Source of the DNA: Elusimicrobiota bacterium
Lineage (GTDB): Bacteria; Elusimicrobiota; Elusimicrobia; Elusimicrobiales; UBA9959
Direction: 5' to 3'
Length of the DNA stretch: 64,000 nt
Assembly (NCBI GenBank): GCA_036574205.1
Contig: JAINCQ010000037.1
Span: 1 to 64,000 of the forward strand
The stretch's first letter is position 1, and every line of letters starts with the position of its first letter. Made by a program: the position numbers and the translations under genes. Positions 8,247 through 18,534 of this stretch are shown piece after piece. A model generated the notes under the pieces. It was not told the origin of the DNA, ran no database searches, and was given only the letters and a program-made list of their open reading frames with translations.

Positions 8247-11090
8247 TTTTCCCTCCTTATCAGATTCGTTACTTGAAAATTCTTCAAGCTTTTTTGCTAT
8301 AACCCTCATCTCTCTTTCAATATCTTTGACTTTTATGTGTATCATAATTACCTTTCTGCCTTTTTCCTTCAGCGCCAAAAAATCTCCCTGAGCCTGAGAC
8401 AGACATAGCTTGTGGAAAGTGTAATCTTCCCCTACTATCTTTATATCTTTTTTAGCAAGATTTGTCAATATGATGAATATTCCTTTATTATTTCCACCTT
8501 TAAATAGTTGTCCGGTTGAATGAAGATATCTTGGTCCATAGCTTTTTATACATGGGCTTGTGGTAGTTCTGGTTATTATAAAAGAGATTTTTTTTAGCAG
8601 ATTATCCATTTTTTCAGTTTCTGGGAAATATGCGCATATAGAATAATACCCTTTGTCTTCCCTGATATTGAATATCTCCCAGAATATGTCATCATATTTT
8701 TTTATCTCATTTTGAGCTTTGAAGTTTGCAATATATATCTCTGAGTTTTTTAGTATATACTGCGGCTTTAATTTGATATCTTTTTTGCTTTCGAGGAGTT
8801 TTCTTGTTATTTCTTTAGTTGTAACAACATCCGGTTGATCAAATGGGTTAATTCCCATAAAGTATCCACAAAGAGCTGTTGCAATCTCCCATCTATAAAA
8901 TTCTTTTCCTATGTCATAAAGATCATCCAGATATATTTTTATTACAGGTAGTTTACTTGAAATAAGATTATCAACTTTATATTCAAGATCCTTATTAATG
9001 AAATTTTTAAATTGGAGGGATACAAACATTCTATCTGTTTCATAATCATCAGAATCCAGTACATCTGTTTCAATAACCGGGATAATTCCTTTACCTTCTT
9101 TTCCAGTAGATTCTGCTATAAGTTGTTCTATCCATAAACCAAACCTTTCAAGTTTTTTAGGTAGTATAATTGTAAGCTTATCTTTTCCAAGAGAATAATT
9201 TTTTGCCATAAAGCAGCCAAGTATTGTAGCTGAGTTTTTGTCAGTTTTTATAATTTCATCCATCAATATTTTTGATTGTAATATCAATTTTTTTATATCA
9301 CAACCGCATAGAGCTGCGGGTAGCATACCAAAATAGGAAAGTGCAGAAAATCTTCCTCCTATATCAGATGGGTTTAAAAATATCCTTTTAAACTTTTTTT
9401 TCTGCGCCAAAATATGAAGAGATGTGCCTTTATCAGTTATTGCTATGAAATTGTCTCCAGGATTTTTCATTAGTTTTTTGAGCTTTGAATAAAAATATTT
9501 GTATTGAGAATTTGGCTCTACAGTTCCACCAGATTTACTTGAAAATATAAATAGGGTTTTTTTAATATTTATTTGTTTTTCAACCGCCCTGATTAAATCT
9601 GGATTTGTGGAGTCTAATATATAAAGTTTTGGAAAGTTATTTTTTTGAAACAAACTTCTTAAAACCTCAGGGGCAAGACTTGATCCACCCATCCCTAAAA
9701 GTACTATATTTTCATATTTTTTTTCAGATATAATTTCTCGGGTAAATTCCTCTATATCTTCAATCATATTATCTAATCCTTCCGGAAGTCTAAGCCAGCC
9801 AAGTGAGTTTTTAATTATATTAGCATGTTCTTTATCTTTTTTCCATAAAGAAGGATCTTTATCAAACAGCCTCTTAACAAAATTATCTTTATTCATTTTA
9901 GTTATCTCGTTGTTTAGATCAGAGTTATATATCTGCATTATAGTTTCTTCTTCACACCCTAATGATAATATTTTTTCTTTTATTGTTTTAAGTATGTTTT
10001 CATATGACTTTTTAAATTTATTAAGTCCATCAATAAGCAGGTCAGAAAGTATTTTCTCATAGTTTATCCCAAGATCTTTTATCTCATCTATTGCTGTCTT
10101 TGCCATAATAATTCTGTCAAAAAGAGGTTTTTTGTTTATATTGCCATGCTCAAAAAAAGCGTAGAGTGTTTGTTGCGGGACTGTGGCTATAGAGTGTTTT
10201 AAGCAAAGTTCATTTAAATATAACGTATCTGGATATGAGGGATTTTTTGTGCTTGTAGATGCCCATAGTATCTTTTGCGGCTTAAATCCGTTTTTAATAA
10301 GCTCAGAAAAACTATCTGAATAAAACAGTTCAAGATATTTTGAATAGGCTATAAGTGAATTTGATATAGCCGATTTTCCTTTTAAAGACAATATTTTTTC
10401 TCTGGAATTAGGGTTAACTTCTTTGTTTGCTATTTCTTCAAGCTCTTTGTCTATTGCTGTATCTATTCTGCTGACAAAAAAGCTTGCCACCGAAAAGACA
10501 TCAGGATCCATTTTCTTTTCATATCTCCATTTAATAGCTCTTATATAGCTTGAAGCTACTTCCTCATATACTTTTGGTGAGAATATAAGTGTCATATTCA
10601 CATTTATCCCTTGTTTTATCAAATCCTCCATAGCTGATATCCCATCTTTAGTAGCCTGTATTTTTATCATTGCGTTTGGTCTACCAATTTTGCTGAAAAT
10701 ATCTTTTGCCCATTTTATTATTTCGCTCTTGCTTTCAACAGTAGGTGGTATTTCTATGCTTACATATCCATCATTGCCTTTTGTCTTTATATATATTTCG
10801 CTAAAAATATCGCATGCTCTTTGTATATCTTCTATCATAAGAGTGTATGCTATATCTTCAATTGAGTTGCATTTTTTAGAAAGAATTTTTAAGCTTTCAT
10901 CATACTTGGAATCTTTTATTGCTTCTTCAAATATCGTTGGATTTGAGGTAAGCCCTGAAACAAAATAATTTTCAATAAGTCCTGAAAGAGTATTATTTAG
11001 CAGAATATCTCTTCTAATATTATCAAGCCATAAACTTTGACCTATCTCAATAAAATCCTTTTGTATATTTAGTTGTTGTTGTATATTCAT
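7935..11090 (-). CDS. tal: Bifunctional transaldolase / phosphoglucose isomerase with an extra C-terminal Ig-like domain
   Basis: WLDN, TSNPTIF, ASFFVSRID and WASTSTK (Tal); GMGGSSL, SKSGGT, GGRFS, AESTGK and PFDQP (Pgi). Confidence 0.9.
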   Translation of the reverse strand: MNIQQQLNIQKDFIEIGQSLWLDNIRRDILLNNTLSGLIENYFVSGLTSNPTIFEEAIKDSKYDESLKILSKKCNSIEDIAYTLMIEDIQRACDIFSEIYIKTKGNDGYVSIEIPPTVESKSEIIKWAKDIFSKIGRPNAMIKIQATKDGISAMEDLIKQGINVNMTLIFSPKVYEEVASSYIRAIKWRYEKKMDPDVFSVASFFVSRIDTAIDKELEEIANKEVNPNSREKILSLKGKSAISNSLIAYSKYLELFYSDSFSELIKNGFKPQKILWASTSTKNPSYPDTLYLNELCLKHSIATVPQQTLYAFFEHGNINKKPLFDRIIMAKTAIDEIKDLGINYEKILSDLLIDGLNKFKKSYENILKTIKEKILSLGCEEETIMQIYNSDLNNEITKMNKDNFVKRLFDKDPSLWKKDKEHANIIKNSLGWLRLPEGLDNMIEDIEEFTREIISEKKYENIVLLGMGGSSLAPEVLRSLFQKNNFPKLYILDSTNPDLIRAVEKQINIKKTLFIFSSKSGGTVEPNSQYKYFYSKLKKLMKNPGDNFIAITDKGTSLHILAQKKKFKRIFLNPSDIGGRFSALSYFGMLPAALCGCDIKKLILQSKILMDEIIKTDKNSATILGCFMAKNYSLGKDKLTIILPKKLERFGLWIEQLIAESTGKEGKGIIPVIETDVLDSDDYETDRMFVSLQFKNFINKDLEYKVDNLISSKLPVIKIYLDDLYDIGKEFYRWEIATALCGYFMGINPFDQPDVVTTKEITRKLLESKKDIKLKPQYILKNSEIYIANFKAQNEIKKYDDIFWEIFNIREDKGYYSICAYFPETEKMDNLLKKISFIITRTTTSPCIKSYGPRYLHSTGQLFKGGNNKGIFIILTNLAKKDIKIVGEDYTFHKLCLSQAQGDFLALKEKGRKVIMIHIKVKDIEREMRVIAKKLEEFSSNESDKEGKMAKTALKRKNATTTTENGYVVIDYPKHMETITSRHYTIRIGTSDAKGVEVSIDNGPWHATRHSVGYWWYDWNDIKPGNHEIIAKMHKHDGSFLISKRRRCKVV

Positions 11091-11536
11091 AACACCCCCT
11101 CTATTTTTTTTATTTTATTAAGCCTTCTTATATACCTTTCTTCGTTTGAAAATTTTGCTTTTATAAAGGTTAACACTATTTCTTTTGCAAGTTCTTCGCC
11201 TATAATTCTTGCGCCAAGACATATGACATTCATATCATCGTGTTCAACCCCTTGATGCGCAGAATATGTGTCATGGCATAAACCTGCTCTTATGCCTTTT
11301 AGTTTATTTGCGCTAATAGATGCTCCAACTCCACTTCCGCATATTATTATCCCTCTATCTGCTTCTTTTGCCTGAATTTTTTTAGAAACTTTAACCGCAA
11401 AATCAGGGTAATCCACTCTTTTTTTTTCGTTATCAGTTCCAACATCTATAACTTTAAACCCTTGTTCTTTTAGAAAATTGATTAAGATTTCTTTTAATTT
11501 ATACCCTGCGTGATCGCTACCTATTGCTATTTTCAT
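11087..11536 (-). CDS. rpiB: Ribose-5-phosphate isomerase B
   Basis: GSDHAG, DYPD, CGSGVG and ANKLKGIRA motifs. Confidence 0.95.
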   Translation of the reverse strand: MKIAIGSDHAGYKLKEILINFLKEQGFKVIDVGTDNEKKRVDYPDFAVKVSKKIQAKEADRGIIICGSGVGASISANKLKGIRAGLCHDTYSAHQGVEHDDMNVICLGARIIGEELAKEIVLTFIKAKFSNEERYIRRLNKIKKIEGVL

Positions 11537-11550
11537 ATTATTTAACTCCT

Positions 11551-12270
11551 TTAATCGTTGACTTTTGCTATATAATTTTTTTCAACCCACCCTTTAATAT
11601 TTTCTTGAGGCACTCCCACTTCAATATAGTTTTCATCATCCTCAGATAGAATAGTTATAATTTTTCCTTTTGGAATTACAGCTAAGGTATTGAAAGTTTT
11701 TTTTGGTCCGCTATATATGGTTGTTTCGTTTAATGTCACAGCCGGGTTTGAGAGTATTGAATTTTTTCTTAAAAGATGCCAGAGAAAAAATAATGAAAAT
11801 AAAAAAGAAGATAAAAGTATATACCCCATTAGTTTATCGTCTTTTCTTCTTGTATGAATAATTATCAAAAGAATAGAAATAGTAAAAAAAAGTTCAAATA
11901 AAACAGAGATCTCGATATCGCTAAAAAAATAGTATATTTTGTAAGCAAACATTGGTATATCGGGAGAAAATAATTGTTGTTCGTTTTCCTGTGTAACCTT
12001 TAAGAGATTTTCTCTTATATCCTTGTTTCTTGGCAGCAGCTTAAAAGCCTTTAGGTAATAAACTGTAGCCTCTGCTTTTGATCCAAGTTTATAATAGCAG
12101 TTAGCTATGTTATATAGCAAATATGGATTGTTTTTATAATCCATTGATTGATATGCGGCAAGGGCTTGTTCATACTGCGAGTTTTTATAAAGTGTTTGAG
12201 GTGTATCCTCAGAAAATAATTTAGCGAGGGGAATGAATCCTATAAAGAAAATAATATAATATTTTTTCAC
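11551..12270 (-). CDS. batE: BatE-like TPR + SH3 membrane protein
   Basis: N-terminal TPRs, two TM segments, SH3b-like C-terminus (GWV); last gene of the Bat cluster. Confidence 0.78.
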   Translation of the reverse strand: MKKYYIIFFIGFIPLAKLFSEDTPQTLYKNSQYEQALAAYQSMDYKNNPYLLYNIANCYYKLGSKAEATVYYLKAFKLLPRNKDIRENLLKVTQENEQQLFSPDIPMFAYKIYYFFSDIEISVLFELFFTISILLIIIHTRRKDDKLMGYILLSSFLFSLFFLWHLLRKNSILSNPAVTLNETTIYSGPKKTFNTLAVIPKGKIITILSEDDENYIEVGVPQENIKGWVEKNYIAKVND

Positions 12271-14087
12271 TTTTCAAACTCCTTTTCTATTTTTTCCAGC
12301 AACTCTGATATTTGTTTAATTAGAGCATTAAACTCACTTTTATCTAATTTGCCCGATGCATAATTCAAAAACTCTATCTTCTCAATTATGGATTTTATTT
12401 CATCTAAAATTTGATCTGAGAAAGAGGCTTTTGAATTTTTTATGGCATCTTTGACTTTTTCAAAAGGCAGGTGAGATATGTTTTGTTTTAGTTTTGAAGA
12501 GATATAATCTTCAATTAAGTCATAAAGTATAGAAAGAGAGCTTTTACCATTTGAGTCAAAATAGTTCTGGGCATCTTTTATTCGTTTTTTTGCATTTGGA
12601 AGCGCATTTTTATATGCGTAAGAAACAGGGTCAGATATAATAGCATTTTTGCGCCTTATAATAAAATAATTTATTATTAATAGCAATATAAGAACAGAAT
12701 TTAACTTAGATTTAAAAGAATTAATTTTTCCAAGCATTTTAAAGTAGAATTGAGAAGGTATTTTCTCAAAGATATAATTTATATCACTTTCTTTTTTTTC
12801 TATTTCTAAAGCCCCTGTCCTGTCAAAATCATAGGCTTTCCCCCCCCTGGATTTTAATACCTTTATTCTTATTGGCATTGAGGATATCGTCTCATATTTT
12901 TGGGTATCAATATTAAAAAAAACAAGTTTTATTGGTGGAATTTCTATATCTCCTTCCTTAACAGGGCTTATTATATATGTTATCTTTTTTGTTCCACCGA
13001 TAATACCTTTATTTTTTGAAACTGTTTCAGATGATAGAGTGTCATATAATTTAAAATCAGAAGAATTAAACTTTGGCGGATTTATCCTTTTCACATTTCC
13101 TTTACCGGTTATTTCTACTATCAAATTAATAGCATCGCCTGCGTTTACTGTTGTCTGATCTGTTTTTGCTGTGATAAAAAAATTTCCAACGGCGTTTGAA
13201 AAATCCGAAGGTGCTGGCGGAAGAGACTTTATTTCAAGTTCTATTGGCTTTGTTTCAAGCTTTACCTGCTGACTTGCTCCTGCTGAAAAAAACTTACGCA
13301 AAAAATTTGGGTCAAATGGATCAAAATTTATAATATCATCACGCTGAATGTCTGCAACTATTGAAGCCCTGGATATGGTGGCTTTGCCGGGCATTATCCC
13401 AAATAACGCGGTTTTTACTTCAATATAATAATAGCTTATTCCATTTATAACTTCAGTTCCATTTGTAAATGGGATGTCTTCGGAAATTAAATTAGAATAT
13501 GTTGGGGCATAATACTGTGGATTTGAAGCTATCGGTATTGCTGTATGAAATCTTATCGAAAGATTTATTTGTTCTCCAACATATGCTGACTTTTTATCAG
13601 TTTCCGCTGTCACAAAAACCAGATTATCATCTGAAATTTCCATTTTTGTTCTGGATTTTTTTTGAGAAGGTTTTTGTTGAGGTTGGGTTGATTGCTGCTG
13701 AAATTGTGGTGGAACAACCTCAATTTCAATTTCTTTTGTAAAATATTTTTCTTTTCCGGTAAAAATACCTATTTTGGGGATTATAAACCTTCCAGTTTTT
13801 TTAGGTGTTAGTGTATATATAAATGAAAGTGTGGTTGAAAACTGTCCATTAATCCATGTCATGTTTCTGCTTGTAGCAGATGAATATATATTAAAATCAG
13901 ACAACCCTGATATATCTGGCTTAATATTACCTACATCCTGACCACTTATTGTTATTGTAAGTACAAGGCTTTCATTTATAGGAACTGTTTTTTTATCCAC
14001 TGTAGCCGTTACTACAATCTGTGAGGTTGCAGAAGTGGTAGATATAATAAAGTTTAAAAATATAATAGCTTTACCAATCAAATTCAT
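12267..14087 (-). CDS. batD: BatD-family protein
   Basis: Signal peptide, repeated Ig-like BatD units, AVGNF motif, TM segment. Confidence 0.85.
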   Translation of the reverse strand: MNLIGKAIIFLNFIISTTSATSQIVVTATVDKKTVPINESLVLTITISGQDVGNIKPDISGLSDFNIYSSATSRNMTWINGQFSTTLSFIYTLTPKKTGRFIIPKIGIFTGKEKYFTKEIEIEVVPPQFQQQSTQPQQKPSQKKSRTKMEISDDNLVFVTAETDKKSAYVGEQINLSIRFHTAIPIASNPQYYAPTYSNLISEDIPFTNGTEVINGISYYYIEVKTALFGIMPGKATISRASIVADIQRDDIINFDPFDPNFLRKFFSAGASQQVKLETKPIELEIKSLPPAPSDFSNAVGNFFITAKTDQTTVNAGDAINLIVEITGKGNVKRINPPKFNSSDFKLYDTLSSETVSKNKGIIGGTKKITYIISPVKEGDIEIPPIKLVFFNIDTQKYETISSMPIRIKVLKSRGGKAYDFDRTGALEIEKKESDINYIFEKIPSQFYFKMLGKINSFKSKLNSVLILLLIINYFIIRRKNAIISDPVSYAYKNALPNAKKRIKDAQNYFDSNGKSSLSILYDLIEDYISSKLKQNISHLPFEKVKDAIKNSKASFSDQILDEIKSIIEKIEFLNYASGKLDKSEFNALIKQISELLEKIEKEFEK

Positions 14088-15744
14088 TTCTTATATCTCC
14101 AGATTTTTGAGGGCTCCCTTTTAAATTTTTAAGGTTTTGTTTTTCCTGATTTTTCATCATATCAAGTAATTGCTCTGCCTGTTTTTGTTGCTCGGTTTTT
14201 TGATTCTGATTATCTTTTTTGTCTTTTTTATCTTCATTTTCTTTGTCACTGCCGCCAGAATTTTTTTCATTTTGTTTTTTGTCAGAAGATGAGGAAGAAC
14301 TTGAACTGCTGCTTGATGATGAAGATTTTTTCTTAAGCAAAAGTTCAAGATTGTATTTTGCGTCTTCATTTTTCCTATCCGCTATTATTGCTTTTTTATA
14401 ATATTCTATTGCTGAGTCAATGTTGTTTAACATCATTTCTGAATTTCCATAATTATAAAGTGCTTTGGAATATATTTTTTTGTCGTTTATCTCACCATAT
14501 ATTTTTTTTGAATCATCATATTTGCCAAGTTTATAGAGAGAATTTGCCAGATTAAATTTTATCTTTTGATTTTGTTCATTAAGTTTTAAAGCTGAATTGT
14601 AGTATTCATATGCTGATGAGTAGTCTTGCTTTTTATATCTTTTATTTCCAGATTCCGTAAGAATCTGAGATTTTATGCTTTGGGCAGAAAGAAAGTTGAC
14701 TGAAAGCAAAAACAGAGTAAAAAAAGATATCAGTTTTTTGCTGTTTTTTAGAGAAGGGTATCTGTCTACCTCCATAATAATAAATTCTATCAAAAATAAG
14801 ACAAAAGCCAAAAAAAGAAAATATTGATATCTGTTTTTGTATGCTTCTACTCTTTTTCCATCTTTAGAGAGCCTGGATTTGTCTATGGATTTTCTTATTT
14901 CAGAAGCTACGAACTCAGGTGTGGTGTATTTTATATATTTCCCCTGAGTTTGGTGAGCTATTTTAATCAATGTTTCTTCCCCTAATTTTGAAATTACGGT
15001 TTTACCAGTTTTATCTTTCTTATATTCTTGTTTTTCCTGATCATAAAGCAGATCACCCTGAGGAGTGCCTATTCCTACAGTTATGAACTTCATTTTTGCA
15101 GATGAGGCTAATTTTATCATTTTATCAACCTTTCCGGAATGATCTTCCCCATCAGTAAATAGTATCACATTTTTTTCTCCGCTATAAGGCATCAGGTATT
15201 CATATACAGTATATATTGCATCGGCTATATTTGTGCCTGGATATGGAAGCATATCTGGAGTAAGTATATCAACAAAATACATTATGGCATCAAGATCATC
15301 TGTAAGCGGGCACTGGATATAAGCCTTATCCTGAAAAGCTATTAAAGATACTCTGTATCCAGAAAGATTATCAAGCATTGATTTCAAAGATAACTTTACA
15401 CTTTCAAGACGTGATGGCATTATGTCTTTTGCAGACATAGAAAGAGATGTATCAACAAGTATCGCTATATTAGCGGTATATGAGGGCTTTTCTCTATAAT
15501 CTATTCCCCATTGTGGACCGGCTGAAGAGATTATTGAAAGCGCTATGGCTGATATAAATAGGATATCTTTGGTTCTTCTAAGATTTTTTATGCGTTGTGG
15601 AAATATTTCAAAAAGTATATTTTCATCAAATATTCCAAGCGTAATTTTTTCTTTTCTTATTAATAATTGTATATAGATAATTAAAAATACTATTAAAACT
15701 GCTATTTGAAAAAAGAGATTTTTTGGATAATAAAATAGTTCCAT
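14071..15744 (-). CDS. batB: BatB-like vWA protein fused to a BatC-like TPR region
   Basis: DTSLSM MIDAS, PLTDD and TDGED motifs, TM, TPRs, low-complexity tail ending in DW. Confidence 0.85.
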   Translation of the reverse strand: MELFYYPKNLFFQIAVLIVFLIIYIQLLIRKEKITLGIFDENILFEIFPQRIKNLRRTKDILFISAIALSIISSAGPQWGIDYREKPSYTANIAILVDTSLSMSAKDIMPSRLESVKLSLKSMLDNLSGYRVSLIAFQDKAYIQCPLTDDLDAIMYFVDILTPDMLPYPGTNIADAIYTVYEYLMPYSGEKNVILFTDGEDHSGKVDKMIKLASSAKMKFITVGIGTPQGDLLYDQEKQEYKKDKTGKTVISKLGEETLIKIAHQTQGKYIKYTTPEFVASEIRKSIDKSRLSKDGKRVEAYKNRYQYFLFLAFVLFLIEFIIMEVDRYPSLKNSKKLISFFTLFLLSVNFLSAQSIKSQILTESGNKRYKKQDYSSAYEYYNSALKLNEQNQKIKFNLANSLYKLGKYDDSKKIYGEINDKKIYSKALYNYGNSEMMLNNIDSAIEYYKKAIIADRKNEDAKYNLELLLKKKSSSSSSSSSSSSSSDKKQNEKNSGGSDKENEDKKDKKDNQNQKTEQQKQAEQLLDMMKNQEKQNLKNLKGSPQKSGDIRNEFDW

Positions 15745-15745
15745 A

Positions 15746-16726
15746 TTACGGCACCGTTATAACAAAATATTTTTCTATTATCATTAATAAAAACCCTAAT
15801 ATTATTGCAGGAATAAGAAAAAAATTATATAACTCACCTACTTCTACATGTCGTTTTATTTCAAATTTTGTTTTTTCCAGTTTGTCTATTTCTGAATATA
15901 TCCTTGAAAGTTCTTCTGAGGAAGTCACACGAAAATACTTTCCACCTGTAATTCTGGATATCTCCATTAATTCCCCTTCATTTAAGTCATCCTCTATGGT
16001 TATATAAGGTCTAAAAGGATCTCCTGTTGGAACTTTTGCAGGTCCTTTTCCGGCTGTTCCTATTGAGTATATCTTTATATCAAATTCTCTGACAATCTTT
16101 GCGGCTGTCACAGGATCCTGAACTATTCCTGCATTTGATCTGCCATCTGTAATCAATATCATTATACGGCTTTTCGCTTTTGATTTCTTTAAATGATTGG
16201 CTGCTGTTAGTATAGCATCTCCAATAGCTGTCATATCGGTTTTTGTCATTCCTATATGGATTCTATCTATCAGCCCTTTTACGGCTTCATGATCAAGTGT
16301 AAGAGGGCATGTTAAAAATGAAACTCCTCCAAAAACTGTTATCCCAATTCTATCATTTTTCCTTTTAGAAACAAACTCTTTTGCGTTTAATTTAGCCGCT
16401 TCAATTCGTGAAGGATTTATATCAATAGCCGCCATTGAAGGAGAGGTGTCCATTACAAGCATTATATCTACACCTTCGGTTGGGGGTATTTCAGTTCTTA
16501 AAATCTTTTGGGGTCTGGCAAGAGCAATTATAAGGAGTAACAATATTGTTATTCTTATATATAAAGAAAGTGTTTCTGCAAAAAATACTTTAAGGGTATA
16601 TCTTAAATTTAATTCAAGAGGAAAATTGGTTTTAAAATATTTCCTATGATGATTTTTACTTACAAAAAAAATTGCTATTATAAGGGGAATCAATAAGAGA
16701 AAAAAATATGGATTTTTAAAACTCAT
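15746..16726 (-). CDS. batA: BatA-like vWA membrane protein
   Basis: LARPQ, DTSPSM, PLTLDH, TAIGDA and ITDG motifs. Confidence 0.88.
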   Translation of the reverse strand: MSFKNPYFFLLLIPLIIAIFFVSKNHHRKYFKTNFPLELNLRYTLKVFFAETLSLYIRITILLLLIIALARPQKILRTEIPPTEGVDIMLVMDTSPSMAAIDINPSRIEAAKLNAKEFVSKRKNDRIGITVFGGVSFLTCPLTLDHEAVKGLIDRIHIGMTKTDMTAIGDAILTAANHLKKSKAKSRIMILITDGRSNAGIVQDPVTAAKIVREFDIKIYSIGTAGKGPAKVPTGDPFRPYITIEDDLNEGELMEISRITGGKYFRVTSSEELSRIYSEIDKLEKTKFEIKRHVEVGELYNFFLIPAIILGFLLMIIEKYFVITVP

Positions 16727-17637
16727 TTCTTCCCTACTCCTAAAGAATATTCTTGTTCATTAATTTTTTGTTTTTTTTCAGCTGAAGCGCTTTCAAAAAC
16801 ATTAAGTAGTTCTATAAGTTCTTTAATATCATTCTCAGCTTTTTGACGTTCCGGTATATATTTTGCAAATTTTACAAGATCTGATATTTGAAGAAATTCT
16901 TTTGTCTTGATTATTGTCTCTATGTTTACCACGGATCTTGTTTTTAAATTTTTTATTAGATCGTTGGTAGTCATTTCCAGGGCGGATATTAAAAACTCTT
17001 CCTGAAGATATCTTCTTAGAATGTCCGAAATAATGGAATAATATTCCTTTATCTTTCCTTCATCCAGAAGATCTAAAGTTTTAATATTATTTATTTCATC
17101 CATGGCTTTTTGATAAGGGGTTCTTGTATCTTTATGGATTTCAATAGATAAATTTTTTTTCTTTTTTGAAAGTTTTTTATAAATAATATATGTTATAAGA
17201 ATAATAAGCAGGGCTATTAAAAGTTTTAACCACCATAAAAAACTAATAACGCCAGCTATATCGCGGGGCCTGTCAGTTTCTTTCAGATTAAAAAGAGGTT
17301 TTATCTCTATATTTATGGGATAAGTATTTATAATTTTATTTTTTTCGGGTAGTCTAAGTTCAATTGCTGGAAATGTTGTTATTCCTACCTCAAATGGAAT
17401 TAAATCCATTTTTAATTTATTTCCTTTTTGTTCTGTTTTAATAAAAACAAATGGGGTATTAGCAAGGGATACAGTAGACACCTCAATTTTGGCGTTATCC
17501 TCTCCTTCTATCTCAAATATAAGCGAAAAATCTTGAGCTAATTTTACTTCTTTTGGTTTAAATATTTTTACGGCATCAGTTGCCTTTAAGGGCATAAGGC
17601 AGAGTAAACTGTATATTAAAACTAAAAATTGTTTCAT
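16723..17637 (-). CDS. Bat-operon single-pass membrane protein
   Basis: Signal peptide, Ig-like domain, TM, ALEMTT and DLVKFAK motifs typical of this position in Bat operons. Confidence 0.75.
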   Translation of the reverse strand: MKQFLVLIYSLLCLMPLKATDAVKIFKPKEVKLAQDFSLIFEIEGEDNAKIEVSTVSLANTPFVFIKTEQKGNKLKMDLIPFEVGITTFPAIELRLPEKNKIINTYPINIEIKPLFNLKETDRPRDIAGVISFLWWLKLLIALLIILITYIIYKKLSKKKKNLSIEIHKDTRTPYQKAMDEINNIKTLDLLDEGKIKEYYSIISDILRRYLQEEFLISALEMTTNDLIKNLKTRSVVNIETIIKTKEFLQISDLVKFAKYIPERQKAENDIKELIELLNVFESASAEKKQKINEQEYSLGVGKK

Positions 17638-18524
17638 ATACCCCTGGTTATTTTTAATTTTCTCAATTTAAAAAAAGATACAACTGTCTTGAATATATCC
17701 GATTTAGTATCTATTTCCATATAATCTATATTACACGAATTAAATAATTTTTTTAATTCTTCTCTTTTTGCTTTAAAATTTTCATTGTATTCCTTTATCA
17801 TATAGCTATCAGATAGATCTATATATCCAGTTTCATAAGTTTCCTGATTGAAATAAGAAATTAAAACAGGATGAGTTTTAAGTTGTAATTCTATTGGGTC
17901 GTTTATTATAACCGGGATAAGATCATGTTTTTGCTCAGTTATTTTTATTGCTTTTTCAAAGCCGCTGTCCATAAAATCTGAGATAAATATTATAACTGAT
18001 TTCCTCTTTAGTATATGGTTTAAGTTTTTTAGAGCTTCAGTTATGTTGGTTTTAGTATTTTTTGGAGTAAATGAAATCATGTCGCTTATTATTCTTAATA
18101 CATGATTTTTACCTTTTTTAGGTGGAAGATAGATCTCTGTATTATCTGAGAATAGAAAAAGTCCTACCTTATCGTTATTTTTTAGCGCTGCAAACATAAA
18201 CAAAGCAGCAAGTTCAGCTGAAAGTTCATTTTTCATTTTATTTCTGGTTCCAAAGAAATGCGAACCTGATATATCCGATGCTACTATCACAGTAAGTTCT
18301 CTTTCCTCATTAAACTTTTTTACATAAACCTTTGATGTTCTGGCTGTTATATTCCAGTCTATAGCTCTTATATCATCGCCAACAACATATTCCCTTACTT
18401 CCGCAAATTCTATTCCCTTCCCTTTAAAAACACTCAAATATTGACCAGAAAAACTTTCGCTTACAAGTTTCCCTGTTTTTATTTCTATATCTCTTACTTT
18501 TTTTATTATCTCAATAGTATTCAT
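17634..18524 (-). CDS. DUF58 family protein
   Basis: GIEFAEVREY..GDDIRAIDWN motif; follows moxR. Confidence 0.92.
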   Translation of the reverse strand: MNTIEIIKKVRDIEIKTGKLVSESFSGQYLSVFKGKGIEFAEVREYVVGDDIRAIDWNITARTSKVYVKKFNEERELTVIVASDISGSHFFGTRNKMKNELSAELAALFMFAALKNNDKVGLFLFSDNTEIYLPPKKGKNHVLRIISDMISFTPKNTKTNITEALKNLNHILKRKSVIIFISDFMDSGFEKAIKITEQKHDLIPVIINDPIELQLKTHPVLISYFNQETYETGYIDLSDSYMIKEYNENFKAKREELKKLFNSCNIDYMEIDTKSDIFKTVVSFFKLRKLKITRGI

Positions 18525-18534
18525 TATTAATTTT

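Noticed and set aside
14284..14325. Poly-Ser tract as a phase-variable simple repeat
   Set aside because: Encoded by mixed Ser codons, not a perfect nucleotide repeat
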